57,580 bases of DNA, taken from the IMG/VR virus record IMGVR_UViG_3300014911_000006, one strand, 5' to 3'. The DNA is from a virus. Shown here piece by piece: positions 56,066 to 57,580 of the stretch. Below the pieces are notes generated by a model. It ran no database searches, was not told the DNA's origin, and saw only the letters and a program-made list of their open reading frames with translations. The position numbers and the translations under genes were made by a program. Numbering within the stretch: position 1 is the stretch's first letter; every line of letters starts with the position of its first letter.

Positions 56066-57154
56066 TTAATACACCTTTGGTTCTCTTATTATATATTTAG
56101 CTGTTTCTCCATTATAGTCTTCTATTATTATCCATCCTAGTTGAGGTGTTAGTCCCTTCCATATAAGATATGAGTTCTCTCTTTGTAGAGTACCTGACTG
56201 TACTATATAGTGTCCTTTACCTTTAGAGAAGACTGATAATACATGGAGATGTCCTAATACTAGAAAGTCTGGTTTCTCTAGTAGAGAATCCCATAGTCTC
56301 TCTGGTTTGTATGATCTAGCATATCCTGCTCCTCCACTACCATGAGTCATAACTAGACTCCAGTCTTTCTCTAGTCTCAGTTTTGCTACTGCTCCATAGT
56401 AGTATGCTGTATCTACTCTCTGAGCTACTACTCTCAATGCATCTAGACCTACATCTATACTTCCCTTAAGATGTTCCTCATGTCCTCCTATGGTCATATG
56501 GAATCTAGTCTTCTCAGGAAAGGAGTGGAGTATATCTACTAGAGTATCCATCTGTCTCTGTATGTCTGGTTCAACTAGATCTACTAGCTCTCTCTTGTGT
56601 ACTCCTCTCCCTTGAAGTAGATCTCCTGCCATAACTAGATCTTTTACATTATATTCTTCTACATCCTTCTGTAGTTCCTTCATAAGGAGAGGAGAGTATC
56701 CCACTGATCCCACATGCCAGTCAGATGAACAGATGAAGGGTATCCTGATCTGACCTAGAGTTCTATATAGAGATGAGAGATTTCTATCTCCAAATCTAAC
56801 AAGAGTATAGTATTTCTTCTTGCCTGAGGGTATCTCCTTTATATCATATCCCTGTCTCCTGAGAATGGAGATATAGTGTGAGAGATCCTCTAGCTCAAGA
56901 GGAGAGTCCAGATCAGCATTCATGAAAGATAGAAGATCACTAGCCTCTATAGGGAGAGAGGACTCTCTAAGAGTCTCCAGTATATAATCTTCAGGAGAGA
57001 CTCTAATATCAGACTGCTTCTTCTTTAGAGAATAGATCTTGTATCTAACAGAGCTAAGAGATCTGTGAGGAAAGTGTTTAGCAATCTCTATCTCAGGGAT
57101 GTTCTCCTTCATAAGTCTCTTAAGAAGAGAGATCTCATCAGGTGTCCAGTTCAA
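56066..57154 (-). CDS. HTH/wHTH-fused calcineurin-like metallophosphoesterase
   Basis: WT.DE..LL N-terminal HTH; SDWHVG, GDLLQG, GGHE, THG, GHLH. Confidence 0.85.
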   Translation of the reverse strand: MNWTPDEISLLKRLMKENIPEIEIAKHFPHRSLSSVRYKIYSLKKKQSDIRVSPEDYILETLRESSLPIEASDLLSFMNADLDSPLELEDLSHYISILRRQGYDIKEIPSGKKKYYTLVRFGDRNLSSLYRTLGQIRIPFICSSDWHVGSVGYSPLLMKELQKDVEEYNVKDLVMAGDLLQGRGVHKRELVDLVEPDIQRQMDTLVDILHSFPEKTRFHMTIGGHEEHLKGSIDVGLDALRVVAQRVDTAYYYGAVAKLRLEKDWSLVMTHGSGGAGYARSYKPERLWDSLLEKPDFLVLGHLHVLSVFSKGKGHYIVQSGTLQRENSYLIWKGLTPQLGWIIIEDYNGETAKYIIREPKVY

Positions 57155-57194
57155 GATACAAATAACACCAAGAGAAAAAAAAGAGAACTAACCA

Positions 57195-57203
57195 TTTATA
57201 TAA
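57195..57203 (-). promoter_or_regulatory. TATA box (TTATATAAA) for the late/packaging operon
   Basis: about 40 nt upstream of start 57154; palindrome directly upstream. Confidence 0.55.
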
Positions 57204-57207
57204 GTTG

Positions 57208-57224
57208 TGGGACACCGTGTCCCA
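57208..57224. promoter_or_regulatory. palindrome TGGGACA-N3-TGTCCCA
   Basis: same arms as the site at the parB start. Confidence 0.7.
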
Positions 57225-57410
57225 TCCTTAGATCTTCATCTTAGAGGAATAGATATGAGAATAACAGAAACTAGAATAAACAGATAACAGATATTAGAAT
57301 AATAGTCAACCTATCTCTAGTGATATTCTATATATTTATTCTTGAATTTTATTTTCTTATTAGATATTCTCTAGTTTAGATATTCTAGGCTAGTTTAGGC
57401 TACTATACTA

Positions 57411-57496
57411 ATGTAACATGATGTTACATGAGAAAACAAAACAGTAAAGATGTAACATGATATTACACTCAAGAATAATGTAACATGATGTTACAC
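57411..57496. repeat. three tandem ATGTAACA-TGA-T(G/A)TTACA sites
   Basis: copies at 57411-57429, 57450-57468, 57478-57496, followed by TATATATAA. Confidence 0.8.
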
Positions 57497-57580
57497 TCCC
57501 TATATAATAAGAAACACTATTGCCAAAACCTGACATGAGCATTTAAACAACCAATCCCTTATAAGCAAGTCCTTTAACAC

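Noticed and set aside
1-57410. Direct terminal repeat (ACTATACTA at 1 and about 57402)
   Set aside because: Only 9 nt of low-complexity AT-rich sequence; expected by chance
57411-57496. Mini-CRISPR array
   Set aside because: Repeats are 19-bp palindromes with 9-20 bp gaps, too short for repeat-spacer units; no cas genes
1-57580. Amber (TAG) stop-codon reassignment suggested by the abundance of TAG
   Set aside because: Long genes are intact under the standard code and many end in TAG; the TAGs are off-frame products of ATA-G/CTA-G codon pairs
1-57580. tRNA/rRNA genes, integrase or att sites
   Set aside because: No cloverleaf or rRNA-like sequence in the short intergenic gaps; no tyrosine/serine recombinase motif recognised

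Overview
The window looks like a complete or near-complete ~57.6 kb genome of a tailed dsDNA archaeal virus (HK97-type head, non-contractile siphovirus-like tail). Support: GAGGTGA ribosome-binding sites, TATA-like promoters, an oligo-T terminator, and archaeal-type XPF, RadA/B, RPA and PolB genes. The charged/aromatic-rich proteome suggests a thermophilic host (inference). Layout: a short + strand block (43-6656: PC4-like SSB, MoxR AAA + vWA pair, HerA-like ATPase, tiny membrane peptides); a - strand replication/metabolism block (6616-20727: XPF, ThyX, RadA/B-like, DHH, AdoMetDC, GT4, RNase HI, degenerate primase, PolB, ParB, RPA); a candidate lysis cassette; and a long - strand morphogenesis block (tail hub, tape measure, G/GT frameshift chaperone, tail tube, MCP, protease, portal, TerL/TerS). 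The most striking feature is a nucleic-acid end-processing operon directly upstream of the prohead protease: a 1862-aa MBL-hydrolase/ASCH/NTase/ATP-dependent ligase polyprotein plus a protein with three LigD-phosphoesterase-like domains. Next to it is a sugar-synthesis/glycosyltransferase cassette beside fibre genes. Other highlights: five LAGLIDADG inteins (the TerL one has Met at +1), two probable AUA start codons, a family of palindromic sites, a catalytically degenerate primase, and extreme CpG depletion with CTAG enrichment. All assignments come from motif recognition by eye; no database searches were run.
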